Shown: positions 49,959-61,178, numbered from the stretch's first letter. The stretch is DNA of 64,000 nt from an uncultured Lachnospiraceae bacterium (GCA_947589305.1 CANQAP010000006.1:12291-76290); one strand, 5' to 3'. A program made the numbers and translations. The notes: generated by a model from the letters alone, not told the origin.

Positions 49959-50351
49959 TTATATCAACTGTAATGTCTGCAATAAATTATCAAAATGTAC
50001 GATATCAATCGGTTTGGAAGTATACGCAACACATCCCAACTCGAATGCCTTGGTCGCATTCGTACTCGCATCCATACCGGAAGTCATGATCACCTTTACT
50101 GCATCTTGTCCTGAAACCCCTTGTTCTTCTTCATATTTCCGTATCAGCTCCAATGTCTGATAACCATCCAGTTTTGGCATCAGGATATCCATACAGATCA
50201 GGTCGTACGGACGCTTTTCCTCTATTGATTTTTTATACATAGCCACTGCTTTTTCACCGTCTGCGGCAATATGGCAGTTGCCATATTTAGACAAAAATTT
50301 TGCCATAAATTTCTGACTGACAAAATCATCTTCTACAATTAAAATATTCAT
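49959..50351 (-). CDS. Single-domain CheY-like response regulator
   Basis: MNILIVEDD, DLICMDILMPKLDG and TSKP. 130 aa from the ATG at 50351. Confidence 0.85.
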   Translation of the reverse strand: MNILIVEDDFVSQKFMAKFLSKYGNCHIAADGEKAVAMYKKSIEEKRPYDLICMDILMPKLDGYQTLELIRKYEEEQGVSGQDAVKVIMTSGMDASTNATKAFELGCVAYTSKPIDIVHFDNLLQTLQLI

Positions 50352-50455
50352 TTTACAGCCCCTAATGTTATACATCCTTCTCAAAAAACTACTATTTCTA
50401 TTTATTATACATTAATTTAACGCATTAGTCTATAAAAGTATTCTTACAAAAAAAT

Positions 50456-50488
50456 GTTCCTTCCATCCGGATTGCAGATGGAAGGAAC
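50456..50488 (-). terminator. Terminator of the surface-protein gene
   Basis: Minus strand GTTCCTTCCATC-TGCAATCCG-GATGGAAGGAAC followed by ATTTTTTTG. Confidence 0.7.
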
Positions 50489-50523
50489 TTTACTTCATAA
50501 TTTCATCCGTTTTTCATTTGCGT

Positions 50524-53067
50524 CTACTCTATCGGTTCAAATACCGCCTCAAACGCCTTATCACAGTCATACCAGTGATCGCTTCGCAGCGTCGTCTGTG
50601 TATCCAGTTCTGCGCCTTCTACGCCCAGTTGACGCCAGCCGACAAACCGATAGCCCGGTTTCGGCTCCGGAGGAGCCATTGTGATAACTTGTGCCTTACC
50701 GATAATCGTCTTTGTGACAAAATCCACATGAGTGCCTCTGTAATTTACAAATCCTTCTGATCTCGTCATATCGACCACATAGGTAATACCCCATACCTGA
50801 CGATACTGATCCAGACTTTCATCCGGCACGGACGTCTGACTCCACCGGGACGTATCCAATCCACACACGGTACAATGAATCATCTCTTCATCCCATGTAT
50901 GACCGGTACCCGGTTCAAACTTATATTCTTTTACCTGATCGCATCCCGGATCCGTACAAACTTTCTTCCAATATATCGGGCAGCAAGAATGACCACATTC
51001 ATATGTCGGTACCCAATCACTCCAATTATGCTGACACGGTTCTAATATCACTTTGTTATTATTACCATAACCGCAACGATCACACATCATAAACGGTTCC
51101 CAGCCATAAGATTCGTGTGTCGGTTCTTTTCCTTCCACCCAGATCATCTCATGACCAAGAGCGGTTCCCGGAATGGTACGGGTCTGTGTCTGACCACAAT
51201 ATTCACACGTTCTCGACTCGGTCGCGTTACCTAAACAGGTCGCATCATTATTGGAAGTATATTCACTGTATTTATGACCGGTTGCCGGAAGGATCTCCAC
51301 TCTTTCCTTCTTACCGCAATCGATACACACCCGAAATCTTGCCCCGCGGGCCGTACAGGTAGCAGGGAATTCCTCTAATTCTTCCGCCCATGTATGACCG
51401 GTCGGTTCGATCGTCTCAATATCGGTTCTTCCGTTACATCCTTCCCGTGTACAATGACGCGAGCGGGAACCCGCCTCGGTACAGGTAGGAAGTTTGTCAA
51501 TCACCACTTCATCCGCAAAAATATGATGTATCATAGGTATCGGAACGCTTACGGTGTTGTGACATAACTCACAAGTATATTCCTTTTCACCCCATGAATC
51601 ACAAGTTGCTTCCTTTACCACATGTATGTCACTTCCCACCACATGTGCATTCGCATTTATGGTAGTTTCCTTGATCTCTGTATAATCGCAATTCTTACAG
51701 GTGCGTTCCCTTCTGCCGCCTTCTATACAGGTCGCTCGCCTGATATCTTTCCAAGCATTAAAATCATGCGGTTTCATTGCCACCGTACGTGTAATCCGAT
51801 CTGCACATACCGTACAGGTACGTGACTGTAATCCTTCCGCCGTACAGGTTGCCGCTTTTTCCGTTTTCCATGTACCATACCGATGTCCCATAGCCGATAC
51901 CGTACGGATTTGCGTCAGACCACATGCCGTACAGGTTTGTTTTTCAGTTCCCTGTGCCGTACAGGTCGCTGCCTGCTCTGTTGTCCATGCTCCAAACTTA
52001 TGACCTAAAGCACTAAGTGTACGCGTCTGTTTTACACCACATGTCGTACAAACGCAGGATTCCATACCCTGTGCCGTACAGGTCGCCGCTTTTTCTACCG
52101 TCCATCCTGAACAGCTGTGTCCCAATGCCGGAATGGCATTCGTCTGTTTCGAACCACATACCGTACAGGTCGCCGTCTGCACGCCGGCTTCCGTACAACT
52201 TGCCGCTTTCTCTACTGTCCATGCGGAATAATCATGACCCTTCGCAGCGACTGTCCGTGTCTCTTCCGCACCACATGTCATGCAGCTACGCTTTTCCGTA
52301 CCGTCAGCCACACAAGTCGCCGCCTGTATCGTCTGCCAGTCGGAATACTCATGCACATGTACCCCCGGTTCTTCCGAAGCACCTTTCGTCGCAACTTCTC
52401 CAAGCCAAGCTCCGTTGGCAGCAAACGCATTCATTTTTCCGTCTATCATGATATTCGTTGTTGCCATAGTGCCATCTGCACGCAGATAGTACCATGTGCC
52501 GCCGATATTTTCCCAACCGGTCCGCATCGCTCCGCTACCGTCCATGTAATACCATGTGCCGTTCACATCCACCCAGCCGGTCTGCATCGCTCCGCTACCG
52601 TCCATGTAATACCATGTACCGTTTACATCCGCCCAGCCGGTCTGCATCGCTCCGCTGCCGTCCATGTAGTACCATGTGTCGTTCACATCCGCCCAGCCGG
52701 TCTGCATCGCTCCGCTGCCGTCCATGTAGTACCATGTACCGTTCACATCCGCCCAGCCGGTCTGCATCGCTCCGCTGCCGTCCATATAGTACCATGTGCC
52801 GTTCACATCTACCCAACCGGTTTGCATCGCTCCGCTACCCGCATTTAAATAATACCAAGTATTTCCCAACTGCAGCCAGCCCGTTTGGTAAGAGCCGCCA
52901 GCCGTATAGTACCAGCTTCCGTTCTCGCTCGTCCAGCCGGACATATTTTTCTGCCGTGCATCCGTCAGATCCACTTTTGCATCATCATTATAGAAACATA
53001 ATGTCAGTTTGACCAATCCAATCATTAGCAAGGCAGTAACTACGCCAACCGATAACACTTTTTTCAT
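50524..53067 (-). CDS. Large surface protein: signal anchor, ~8 cell-wall-binding repeats, ~12 His/Cys3 modules, C-terminal Listeria-Bacteroides-type repeat
   Basis: ATG at 53067 after GGGAGG. The GW..G.WYY.D..GAM.TGW repeats are choline/cell-wall-binding type. Modules follow H-x11-12-C-x3-G-x5-C-x2-C. The tail is PGYRFVGW...FEAVFEP. Confidence 0.85.
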   Translation of the reverse strand: MKKVLSVGVVTALLMIGLVKLTLCFYNDDAKVDLTDARQKNMSGWTSENGSWYYTAGGSYQTGWLQLGNTWYYLNAGSGAMQTGWVDVNGTWYYMDGSGAMQTGWADVNGTWYYMDGSGAMQTGWADVNDTWYYMDGSGAMQTGWADVNGTWYYMDGSGAMQTGWVDVNGTWYYMDGSGAMRTGWENIGGTWYYLRADGTMATTNIMIDGKMNAFAANGAWLGEVATKGASEEPGVHVHEYSDWQTIQAATCVADGTEKRSCMTCGAEETRTVAAKGHDYSAWTVEKAASCTEAGVQTATCTVCGSKQTNAIPALGHSCSGWTVEKAATCTAQGMESCVCTTCGVKQTRTLSALGHKFGAWTTEQAATCTAQGTEKQTCTACGLTQIRTVSAMGHRYGTWKTEKAATCTAEGLQSRTCTVCADRITRTVAMKPHDFNAWKDIRRATCIEGGRRERTCKNCDYTEIKETTINANAHVVGSDIHVVKEATCDSWGEKEYTCELCHNTVSVPIPMIHHIFADEVVIDKLPTCTEAGSRSRHCTREGCNGRTDIETIEPTGHTWAEELEEFPATCTARGARFRVCIDCGKKERVEILPATGHKYSEYTSNNDATCLGNATESRTCEYCGQTQTRTIPGTALGHEMIWVEGKEPTHESYGWEPFMMCDRCGYGNNNKVILEPCQHNWSDWVPTYECGHSCCPIYWKKVCTDPGCDQVKEYKFEPGTGHTWDEEMIHCTVCGLDTSRWSQTSVPDESLDQYRQVWGITYVVDMTRSEGFVNYRGTHVDFVTKTIIGKAQVITMAPPEPKPGYRFVGWRQLGVEGAELDTQTTLRSDHWYDCDKAFEAVFEPIE
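52489..52860. repeat. Six near-identical 60-bp tandem units (encode the cell-wall-binding repeats)
   Basis: The period is exactly 60 bp. Neighbouring units differ at only about 1-6 positions (for example, compare 52561-52620 with 52681-52740). Confidence 0.9.
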
Positions 53068-53135
53068 TCTACTACCTCCCTTTCCCTTTTCATAATACAT
53101 ATACAGATACAAATACAGATCACTCTGTAATTATT

Positions 53136-53164
53136 ATATTACCGTCTCTTTACAACAGTGTCAA
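53136..53164 (-). promoter_or_regulatory. Candidate promoter of the surface-protein gene
   Basis: Minus strand TTGACA-17 nt-TAATAT. Confidence 0.5.
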
Positions 53165-53186
53165 CGAAAAGAGAATGGATTTTTTC

Positions 53187-53921
53187 CTACAAAAGCAACT
53201 CTTTTATCCTTCTTTTATATCGGACAAATGCGTCACTCAACATAAAATCATTGCCTCGTGGTTTCGCTTCATCAATCGTTATCTCCGCTGCGATCACCGC
53301 CGGACTGCCGCTCATGATATAAATGCGGTCCGACAGCAGAATTGCCTCATCAATATCATGCGTGATAAACAGTGTAGATAACCGGATCGTTTCCATGACA
53401 TGCAAATACCACTCCTGAACATCTGCACGTGTCAGGGCATCCAGCGCGCTGAACGGTTCGTCCAGCAATGCGACTTCATCCCCGCAAAGATATGTCCGCA
53501 GCAACGCTGCACGCTGCCGCATTCCACCGGAAAGCTGCGCCGGATATTTCGTTTGCGTACCCTCCAATCCAAACTGGGAAAAGTAACCGGCAGCCTGCTC
53601 TCTTGCCGCCTTCTTTTTTGTACCATTGAGCAGAAGCGGCAAGGCGACATTATCCAGCACGGTCTTATGAGGAAGCAGCATGTCTTTTTGCAGCATATAA
53701 CTCAGGTGTCCGGTGGTTCCCGTGATCTCTTCCCCTTTCAGGCGGACCGTTCCGCTGTCAGGACGCGTTAAACCGGATAAGACATTAAATAATGTGGTTT
53801 TTCCCACGCCGCTCATTCCTAACAGACAAACCAGTTCCCCTTGTTCGAGCCGTACCGTGATATCCTGCAACACCTGTTTTTCCGCATATCGTTTTGAAAT
53901 ATGTTCCGCTTCTAATATCAT
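53187..53921 (-). CDS. ABC ATP-binding protein (NitT/TauT-type, ThiZ-like)
   Basis: Walker A GMSGVGKTT, signature LSGGMRQR, Walker B ALLDEPFSALD. ATG at 53921 (the tracked start is TTG). Confidence 0.8.
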   Translation of the reverse strand: MILEAEHISKRYAEKQVLQDITVRLEQGELVCLLGMSGVGKTTLFNVLSGLTRPDSGTVRLKGEEITGTTGHLSYMLQKDMLLPHKTVLDNVALPLLLNGTKKKAAREQAAGYFSQFGLEGTQTKYPAQLSGGMRQRAALLRTYLCGDEVALLDEPFSALDALTRADVQEWYLHVMETIRLSTLFITHDIDEAILLSDRIYIMSGSPAVIAAEITIDEAKPRGNDFMLSDAFVRYKRRIKELLL

Positions 53922-53978
53922 ACGCAATGTATCGTTTCCTTTCCTGTTTTCTGACAGTCCTGTCCAAAACGGTGCCTG

Positions 53979-54977
53979 TTACGGAAGATATTCATTTGTA
54001 AATCCATATCCTGCCGGAATTTCTTCGGAGAGTCCGTTTTGATACAGCCACGCATAAAACGCATCCCATCGTTCACTGTCGATATATCCCCATTGCTCTA
54101 CTTCCGCTTTATACTGATCGGCGATCCAAATCTGACTTTCCGTGACCATCTCCGGATTCAATTCCGGCACTTCTTCGCACAAAATCGCCGCCGCTTCCTG
54201 CGGATGTTCGATTGCATATTCATAGCCTTTCCGCGTAGCATCCAAAAAAGCACTTGCCGTTTCCGGATCATCTGACAGAAAATCCGTATTTGCTACGATC
54301 ACCGGACTATAATAGTCAAATTCCGGTTCAATATCTTTAAAATAAAACATATTGGTATCCAAGCCCGCCAATTCTGTCGAGATACCGTCCCACGCATAGT
54401 ACACCCACACGGCATCGATATCCTGCTGTAAAGCGGTCGGCACATCTGTCACATATTCCGGGATCAGATTCACTTTGGAAAAATCACCGCCGTCTTTCTC
54501 AACTACCGATTTTAAAATCGCCTGTTCGATCGGCAGATCCCATGTCGCATAGTTGTGTCCTTCCATACCTGCCGGTGAATCAATACCGTCCTCTTTCAAC
54601 GAAATAATCCCCGAAGTATTATGCTGCAAAATCGCAGCTACTGCCTCTACCGGCATCTTTTCTTCGGATGTAAATACCGGCACCAAATAATCCTGAAAAT
54701 CAATACCGAACTGTGCCTGACCGGATGCCACCATGGCGGTCGCGCCATCTTCCGGCGGTTGTACGATCTCCACCTGTAAGCCGGCTTCTTCATAATATCC
54801 AAGGTTTTGCGCCACATACAGACCGGTATGATTCGTATTTGGCGTCCAGTCCAACACAAAGGTAATTTTTGTCGTTTCCTCTGTCTGCTGTTGCGGCGCA
54901 TGATTTCCGCAGGCACATGACAGCACCATCAAGCCTGTCAACAAACAACCGGTTATCACTTTTTTTAATCGTTTCAT
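53979..54977 (-). CDS. Lipoprotein substrate-binding protein (NMT1/THI5-like, ThiY-like)
   Basis: Lipobox LSCAC after a signal peptide. Sits in the operon behind a TPP riboswitch. Confidence 0.7.
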   Translation of the reverse strand: MKRLKKVITGCLLTGLMVLSCACGNHAPQQQTEETTKITFVLDWTPNTNHTGLYVAQNLGYYEEAGLQVEIVQPPEDGATAMVASGQAQFGIDFQDYLVPVFTSEEKMPVEAVAAILQHNTSGIISLKEDGIDSPAGMEGHNYATWDLPIEQAILKSVVEKDGGDFSKVNLIPEYVTDVPTALQQDIDAVWVYYAWDGISTELAGLDTNMFYFKDIEPEFDYYSPVIVANTDFLSDDPETASAFLDATRKGYEYAIEHPQEAAAILCEEVPELNPEMVTESQIWIADQYKAEVEQWGYIDSERWDAFYAWLYQNGLSEEIPAGYGFTNEYLP

Positions 54978-54980
54978 AAT

Positions 54981-55772
54981 TTATCCCCTTTTCCTTTCGA
55001 TTTGTATTTCATCTTTGCAATGCTGCCAAGGCATCGACTGATACTGGATGATTTTCACAGTCAAAATCATCAGCAGGCTAATGGCGGATACCAAAAAGAT
55101 CACCGCAAACATTTTATCATAATCATATGATTTTTTAACACGCGTCATGTAAACGCCCAGACCATAAAAGCCTCCCAGCCATTCGGAGACTACGGCGCCT
55201 ACCACCGAATAAGAGACCGCAATTTTTAATCCGGAAAAAAATTCCCCGAGTGCATACGGAAATTTCACATGCCAAAAAATCTGCCATCGGTTTGCTTTCA
55301 TGGCACGCATCAACCGGATCATATCCTCATCCACTGATTGAAATCCATCCAGCAGTCCGACTGCAATCGGAAAAAACGAGGCAAGGATCACTAAGACAAT
55401 TTTCGGTGCCATTCCATAAGAAAACCATAAGATCAACAGAGGGGCGATTGCCACTGTCGGCACCGTCTGACTGATCACCAGCAACGGATACAAGCCTTTT
55501 CGCACCGGTACAAAAGCATCCATCAATGCCGCCGCCACAAAACCTAATACGATACCGCTCATCAAACCAATGACCGTCTCCGTCAAAGTCACTTTCGCGT
55601 GACTCATCAGCAACGGAAAATCCGTCACGAACGCTTTTCCTACCTGCAGCGGAGTCGGCAGCATATATTTCGGCACCAATCCCGTAACGCTGATAAGTTC
55701 CCATATCAAAAGAACCGCCAGTATCACAAAGACCGGTATCATATTATGAATGATGTTTTGCTGTTTTTTCAT
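54981..55772 (-). CDS. ABC permease (ThiX-like)
   Basis: 263 aa with about 6 TM helices and an EAA-like loop (RLMRAMKANRWQIFWHVKFP). Alternative ATG at 55742. Confidence 0.75.
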   Translation of the reverse strand: MKKQQNIIHNMIPVFVILAVLLIWELISVTGLVPKYMLPTPLQVGKAFVTDFPLLMSHAKVTLTETVIGLMSGIVLGFVAAALMDAFVPVRKGLYPLLVISQTVPTVAIAPLLILWFSYGMAPKIVLVILASFFPIAVGLLDGFQSVDEDMIRLMRAMKANRWQIFWHVKFPYALGEFFSGLKIAVSYSVVGAVVSEWLGGFYGLGVYMTRVKKSYDYDKMFAVIFLVSAISLLMILTVKIIQYQSMPWQHCKDEIQIERKRG

Positions 55773-56040
55773 CGATTGTCAATACCCCGCCTTCCGGTTT
55801 ATAAGTGACTTTTATATAACTCATCACACTAGGACAGCCTGACCGAATGGCAATATACTGGCACTGCTTCACAATCTCCATCAATTCTTCGTAATCGCCT
55901 TCCATAGCTGTTTCACATGGTCCCACATAGTATGTAACGCCGGTGCTTTTGATATAAGCGATGACTTCATCTACAATCCGCACTACTTCCTGATCCGTTG
56001 CCACCTGCGGCAGCACTTGAATCGCTACATTTGCATTCAT
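55744..56040 (-). CDS. MTH1187/YkoF-type small thiamine-binding protein
   Basis: 98 aa from the ATG at 56040 (AAGGAGA 7 nt upstream). Begins VAIQVLPQ... with a single ACT-like unit. First gene after the riboswitch. Confidence 0.65.
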   Translation of the reverse strand: MNANVAIQVLPQVATDQEVVRIVDEVIAYIKSTGVTYYVGPCETAMEGDYEELMEIVKQCQYIAIRSGCPSVMSYIKVTYKPEGGVLTIDEKTAKHHS

Positions 56041-56075
56041 TTTTTTCTCCTTTTTTGCCATTTTGGAAATCACAA

Positions 56076-56108
56076 TCAAAAAGCCCTTCCGTATCTGTCG
56101 GAAGGGCA
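56076..56108 (-). terminator. Riboswitch expression-platform terminator
   Basis: Minus strand GCCCTTCC-GACAGATAC-GGAAGGGC followed by TTTTTG. Confidence 0.75.
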
Positions 56109-56137
56109 AATAAATGTATCATCACAAATACACTCCA

Positions 56138-56232
56138 TCTCCCTCCGCCAGCATTATCTGGATCAGGTCTTGGGTTTCCCCAAAGGATTAATGACAGGAC
56201 TATGTCATTTCTCAGCCTAATTCCTTAAGCAC
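56138..56232 (-). promoter_or_regulatory. TPP (THI-box) riboswitch aptamer
   Basis: The minus strand contains GGCTGAGA...(hairpin ATGACA/TGTCAT)...ACCC..GACCTGATCCAGATAATGCTGGCGGAGGGA, the conserved THI-element core. Confidence 0.9.
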
Positions 56233-56316
56233 TCCTGATTGCGTTGCAATTATATATCAGTCTTATCTGATTGTCAAGATGCAGTATACATATACGGATC
56301 GATCGTACCGGTCCTA

Positions 56317-59148
56317 CTAACGCGCCAGATATTTTTTCAGATATTTTCCGGTATAACTGCGGTCGTTTTTCGTGACCTCCTCCGGCGTACCCTGTGCCAC
56401 TACCGTTCCCCCTCGCACTCCGCCTTCCGGTCCAATATCAATCAGATAATCCGCCGTCTTGATCACATCCAGATTATGTTCGATGACTACGACCGTATTA
56501 CCGCCTTCTGTTAAACGCTGCAAAATATTGATGAGCTTATGCACATCTGCAAAATGCAGTCCTGTGGTCGGTTCATCCAGAATATAAATGGTTTTTCCCG
56601 TACTTCGCTTGCTCAATTCCGTTGCAAGTTTGATCCGCTGGGCTTCCCCGCCGGATAATGCTGTAGAAGGCTGCCCCAGCTTAATATAGCCTAGACCGAC
56701 ATCCCTCAGCGTCTCTATTTTCCGTAATATAGACGGCAGGTTTTCAAAAAATACACAAGCCTCATCCACCGTCATATCCAATACGTCCGAAATGCTTTTT
56801 CCCTTATATTTCACTTCCAGTGTCTCTCGGTTATAACGCTTGCCGTGGCACACTTCACACGGAACATAGACATCCGGAAGGAAGTGCATCTCGATCTTAA
56901 TGATTCCGTCTCCCTTACAAGCCTCACACCGTCCGCCGGAGACATTGAAACTAAATCTTCCTTTGTTATAGCCTTTGGCTTTGGCATCTTTGGAGGATGC
57001 GAACAGATCACGGATCATATCAAAAACACCGGTATAGGTAGCCGGATTGGATCGGGAAGTACGTCCAATCGGTGACTGGTCAATATTGATGACTTTATCT
57101 AACTGTTCGATTCCTAAGATGGCATCATGCCTGCCGGCTTTTTCTTTCGCCCGATTCAAGTCTTTTGCAAGATGTTTGTATAATATTTCATTGACCAAAG
57201 AACTCTTTCCGGAGCCGGAAACGCCCGTAACGCATGTCATAACACCCAACGGAAATTTTACGTTGATGCCCTTCAGGTTATTTTCTCTTGCTCCAACCAC
57301 TTCCAACCACCCGGTCGGTGTACGCCGTGTTTCCGGTACCGGTATCCGTTTTCTGCCGCTTAAGTAATCACCGGTAACGGATCGTTTACAATTCATAATA
57401 TCTTTCGCCGTTCCCGCCGCTACGACCTCTCCGCCGTAATCTCCTGCTCCGGGACCGATATCCACGAGAAAATCAGCCGCCAACATGGTATCTTCATCAT
57501 GTTCCACCACAATCAGCGTATTTCCCAGATCCCGCAGACGTTTTAAAGTCGCGATCAGCTTATCATTGTCTCTCTGATGCAGACCAATACTTGGTTCATC
57601 CAAAATATACGCCACTCCAACCAGACCGGATCCGATCTGTGTTGCCAGACGGATCCGCTGCGCCTCGCCGCCGGACAGGGTAGCCGTCGGGCGATACAAA
57701 GCCAAGTAATCCAGTCCTACATCCATCAGAAATTGGATCCTTGCCCGGATTTCCTTTAGAACCACCCCACCGATCAGTTGTTGTCTGTCACTGATCGTTA
57801 GATGTTCCAGATAGTCGTGTAAATCCGCTATGGACATTTCCGTAATCTCGGCAATATTTTTATGATCGATCGTGACAGCAAGAGATTCCGGCTTTAACCG
57901 CTTACCATGACATTCCTCACACGGAGTGATCGACATGTAGGTTTCATATTCTTCTCGCACTGACTGCGAAGACTCCCGGTATCTACGCTTGATATTCTCC
58001 AACAACCCTTCAAAGGTAATGTCGTAGACACCTTCGCCACGCTGTCCTTTATAATGGACTTTGACCGTCCGTACTCCCGTTCCGTACAGAAGCAGATTTT
58101 GAATCTCTTCCGGATAATCCTGAAACGGCGTATCCATATCAAAATGGAATTCTTCTGCAAGGGCATCCAGCACTGCCCGTGTAAAACTTCCCTTTTTACA
58201 TGCTGACTGCCAGCCAAGAACCTGTATACATCCCTCATTAATACTCAGTCTGCGGTCCGGAATCATCAGATCAATATCAAATTCCATCTTATAGCCCAAA
58301 CCATGACATACCGGACAGGCACCGAACGGATTATTGAAAGAGAAACTTCTAGGTTCGATTTCCTCTATGCTGATTCCGCAGTCCGGACAGGAGAAGCTTT
58401 CACTGAAATTCAAGGGCTGCCCTCCGATGACATCCACTGTCATCTTGCCTTCCGCTAACTTTAACGTGGTCTCAACCGAATCTGTCAGACGTTGTTGAAT
58501 CCCTTCCCTTACGACCAGCCGGTCTACCACGATATCAATCGAATGCTTGATATTTTTATCTAGCGTGATCTCTTCCGATAATTCATATAAATTTCCGTCC
58601 ACGATCACGCGGACAAATCCGCTTTTTTTTGCACTTGCCAGCAGTTTTTCATGGCGTCCTTTCCGTCCTTTGACTACCGGCGCAAGGAGTTGAAATCGTG
58701 TGCCTTCTTTCAGTTCCATAATGGCATCGACCATCTGATCGACAGTTTGCTTTGCAATCTCTTTTCCGCATTTTGGGCAATGCACAATGCCGACTCTTGC
58801 ATATAATAAACGAAAATAATCATAGATCTCCGTCACGGTTCCCACCGTAGAACGCGGATTACGATTCGTCGATTTTTGATCAATGGAAATTGCCGGCGAC
58901 AACCCTTCAATCTTTTCCACGTCTGGTTTTTCCGCCTGTCCCAAAAACTGTCGGGCATACGAAGATAAAGATTCCATATACCGCCGTTGTCCTTCCGCAT
59001 AAATGGTGTCAAATGCCAATGAGGATTTACCGGAACCGGAAAGTCCCGTCATGACCACTAATTCATTTCTTGGGATATCAATATCGATATGTTTTAAGTT
59101 GTGTTCATTTGCTCCCCGAATCTTAATGTATTCCTGTTTGTCTGCCAT
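56317..59148 (-). CDS. uvrA: Excinuclease ABC subunit A
   Basis: 943 aa with two ABC modules (GLSGSGKSS and GVSGSGKSS) and zinc-finger Cys motifs. Confidence 0.97.
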   Translation of the reverse strand: MADKQEYIKIRGANEHNLKHIDIDIPRNELVVMTGLSGSGKSSLAFDTIYAEGQRRYMESLSSYARQFLGQAEKPDVEKIEGLSPAISIDQKSTNRNPRSTVGTVTEIYDYFRLLYARVGIVHCPKCGKEIAKQTVDQMVDAIMELKEGTRFQLLAPVVKGRKGRHEKLLASAKKSGFVRVIVDGNLYELSEEITLDKNIKHSIDIVVDRLVVREGIQQRLTDSVETTLKLAEGKMTVDVIGGQPLNFSESFSCPDCGISIEEIEPRSFSFNNPFGACPVCHGLGYKMEFDIDLMIPDRRLSINEGCIQVLGWQSACKKGSFTRAVLDALAEEFHFDMDTPFQDYPEEIQNLLLYGTGVRTVKVHYKGQRGEGVYDITFEGLLENIKRRYRESSQSVREEYETYMSITPCEECHGKRLKPESLAVTIDHKNIAEITEMSIADLHDYLEHLTISDRQQLIGGVVLKEIRARIQFLMDVGLDYLALYRPTATLSGGEAQRIRLATQIGSGLVGVAYILDEPSIGLHQRDNDKLIATLKRLRDLGNTLIVVEHDEDTMLAADFLVDIGPGAGDYGGEVVAAGTAKDIMNCKRSVTGDYLSGRKRIPVPETRRTPTGWLEVVGARENNLKGINVKFPLGVMTCVTGVSGSGKSSLVNEILYKHLAKDLNRAKEKAGRHDAILGIEQLDKVINIDQSPIGRTSRSNPATYTGVFDMIRDLFASSKDAKAKGYNKGRFSFNVSGGRCEACKGDGIIKIEMHFLPDVYVPCEVCHGKRYNRETLEVKYKGKSISDVLDMTVDEACVFFENLPSILRKIETLRDVGLGYIKLGQPSTALSGGEAQRIKLATELSKRSTGKTIYILDEPTTGLHFADVHKLINILQRLTEGGNTVVVIEHNLDVIKTADYLIDIGPEGGVRGGTVVAQGTPEEVTKNDRSYTGKYLKKYLAR

Positions 59149-59192
59149 CTTATTATCTCCTGTCTTTTACATCTGTCCGTACGTCTTACCTG

Positions 59193-61178
59193 TTATTCGT
59201 CTATATCACGCAAGGCAATTTTCAATTCCTTTAATTCATCCCGGAGAACCGCTGCCAATTCGAAATTCAATTCCGCCGCTGCCTGATTCATCTTTTTTGT
59301 TTTTTGTGCAATACGTTCTTCCAATTCTTTTCGCGTCATGGATTCTGCGTCTTTGCCTTCTTCCTTCGTGTCATCCAGTACATTTTCATTACTGATCACA
59401 TCCCGAATTTCTTTTTCTATCGTTTTCGGGATGATACCATGCTCACGGTTGTAAGCATCCTGAATCTCCCGCCGCCGATTCGTCTCCGAAAGAGCAACCT
59501 GCATGGACTGTGTGATCGTATCCGCATACATAATCACATGGCCTTCGGAATTACGCGCCGCACGACCGACCGTTTGGATCAAAGAAGTCTCCGAACGCAA
59601 AAAGCCCTCTTTATCCGCATCCAAAATCGCGACCAGCGTAATTTCCGGTATGTCCAATCCTTCCCGCAAGAGATTGATGCCTACGAGTACATCAAATACA
59701 CCCAGCCGCAGATCCCTCACGATCTCTATCCGTTCTAACGTATCGATATCCGAATGCAGGTACTTCACCTTGATGCCTACGTCCTTCATATAATCCGTCA
59801 GATCTTCCGCCATGCGCTTTGTCAGAGTCGTCACCAATACCTTATGACCCTTTTCCGCTTCCAGATTCACTTCCGAAATCAGATCGTCAATCTGCCCTTC
59901 CACCGGTCTTACCTCAATCAACGGATCCAGTAAGCCTGTCGGTCGTATGATCTGCTCTACCCGCAACAATTCATGTTCCGTTTCATAAACGGAAGGCGTC
60001 GCAGATACGAAAAGCACCTGATCGATCTTCGTTTCAAATTCTTCAAAATTCAGCGGTCGGTTGTCCAAAGCGGACGGCAGGCGAAACCCATAATCAACCA
60101 GTGTCATTTTTCTGGATCGGTCTCCGGCATACATTCCCCGAATCTGTGGTACGGTAATATGGGATTCATCAATGATCATCAAAAAATCCCCTTTAAAAAA
60201 CTCCAACAGCGTATTTGGAGTCGCGCCTGCCGGCAATCCCGCCAGCGGACGGGAATAATTCTCGATTCCGGAGCAAAACCCGGTTTCCCGTAACATTTCC
60301 ATATCAAAATGCGTGCGTTCCGCGATGCGCTGCGCTTCTATTAATTTTTCCCGTTCTTTAAAATATCTGACCCGTTCTTCCAGTTCCGCTTCAATCTCCT
60401 GAATGGCATGGTCCATTTTTTCTTTTGCCACCACATAATGGGACGCCGGAAAAATACAGGTAAAATTCAACGAACGATGTATCTCGCCCGTCAAAGGATC
60501 AAATTCCGTAATGCGGTCGATCTCGTCTCCAAAAAATTCTACCCGCACCGCATCATCAAAGGTAGATACCGGAATAATTTCCAGCACATCTCCCTTGACC
60601 CGGAATGTTCCGCGTTTAAAATCCATCTCATTGCGAATGTACTGAATATTAATCAGTTCCCGAATGACTTCATCCCGATCCTTGTTCATGCCTGTCCGCA
60701 GGGAGATCATCATATCCCGATAATCATCCGGATCTCCGATTCCATAAATGCAGGAAACCGATGATACTACGATCACGTCTTTTCGCTCAATCAACGCAGC
60801 CGTCGCACTGTGCCGTAATTTATCGATCTCATCATTCACCGCCGAGTCCTTTGCAATATAAGTGTCTGTAGACGGCACATATGCTTCCGGTTGGTAATAA
60901 TCATAATAGGACACGAAATACTCTACGGCATTATGTGGAAAAAATGCTTTAAATTCACTATACAACTGTGCCGCGAGGGTTTTATTATGTGCAATGATTA
61001 GCGTGGGTTTGTTCAGTTGCGCGATGATATTTGCCATCGTAAAGGTCTTACCGGACCCGGTCACCCCTAACAGCGTCTGCATCTGATTTCCTCTCTGAAA
61101 TCCCTTCACTAACGCTTCTATCGCCTGCGGCTGATCGCCTGTCGGCTGGTATTCCGATACCAATTCAAAATGATCCAT
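59193..61178 (-). CDS. uvrB: Excinuclease ABC subunit B
   Basis: [12 protein letters not shown] helicase motifs and a C-terminal UVR domain ([17 protein letters not shown]). Confidence 0.97.
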   Translation of the reverse strand: MDHFELVSEYQPTGDQPQAIEALVKGFQRGNQMQTLLGVTGSGKTFTMANIIAQLNKPTLIIAHNKTLAAQLYSEFKAFFPHNAVEYFVSYYDYYQPEAYVPSTDTYIAKDSAVNDEIDKLRHSATAALIERKDVIVVSSVSCIYGIGDPDDYRDMMISLRTGMNKDRDEVIRELINIQYIRNEMDFKRGTFRVKGDVLEIIPVSTFDDAVRVEFFGDEIDRITEFDPLTGEIHRSLNFTCIFPASHYVVAKEKMDHAIQEIEAELEERVRYFKEREKLIEAQRIAERTHFDMEMLRETGFCSGIENYSRPLAGLPAGATPNTLLEFFKGDFLMIIDESHITVPQIRGMYAGDRSRKMTLVDYGFRLPSALDNRPLNFEEFETKIDQVLFVSATPSVYETEHELLRVEQIIRPTGLLDPLIEVRPVEGQIDDLISEVNLEAEKGHKVLVTTLTKRMAEDLTDYMKDVGIKVKYLHSDIDTLERIEIVRDLRLGVFDVLVGINLLREGLDIPEITLVAILDADKEGFLRSETSLIQTVGRAARNSEGHVIMYADTITQSMQVALSETNRRREIQDAYNREHGIIPKTIEKEIRDVISNENVLDDTKEEGKDAESMTRKELEERIAQKTKKMNQAAAELNFELAAVLRDELKELKIALRDIDE

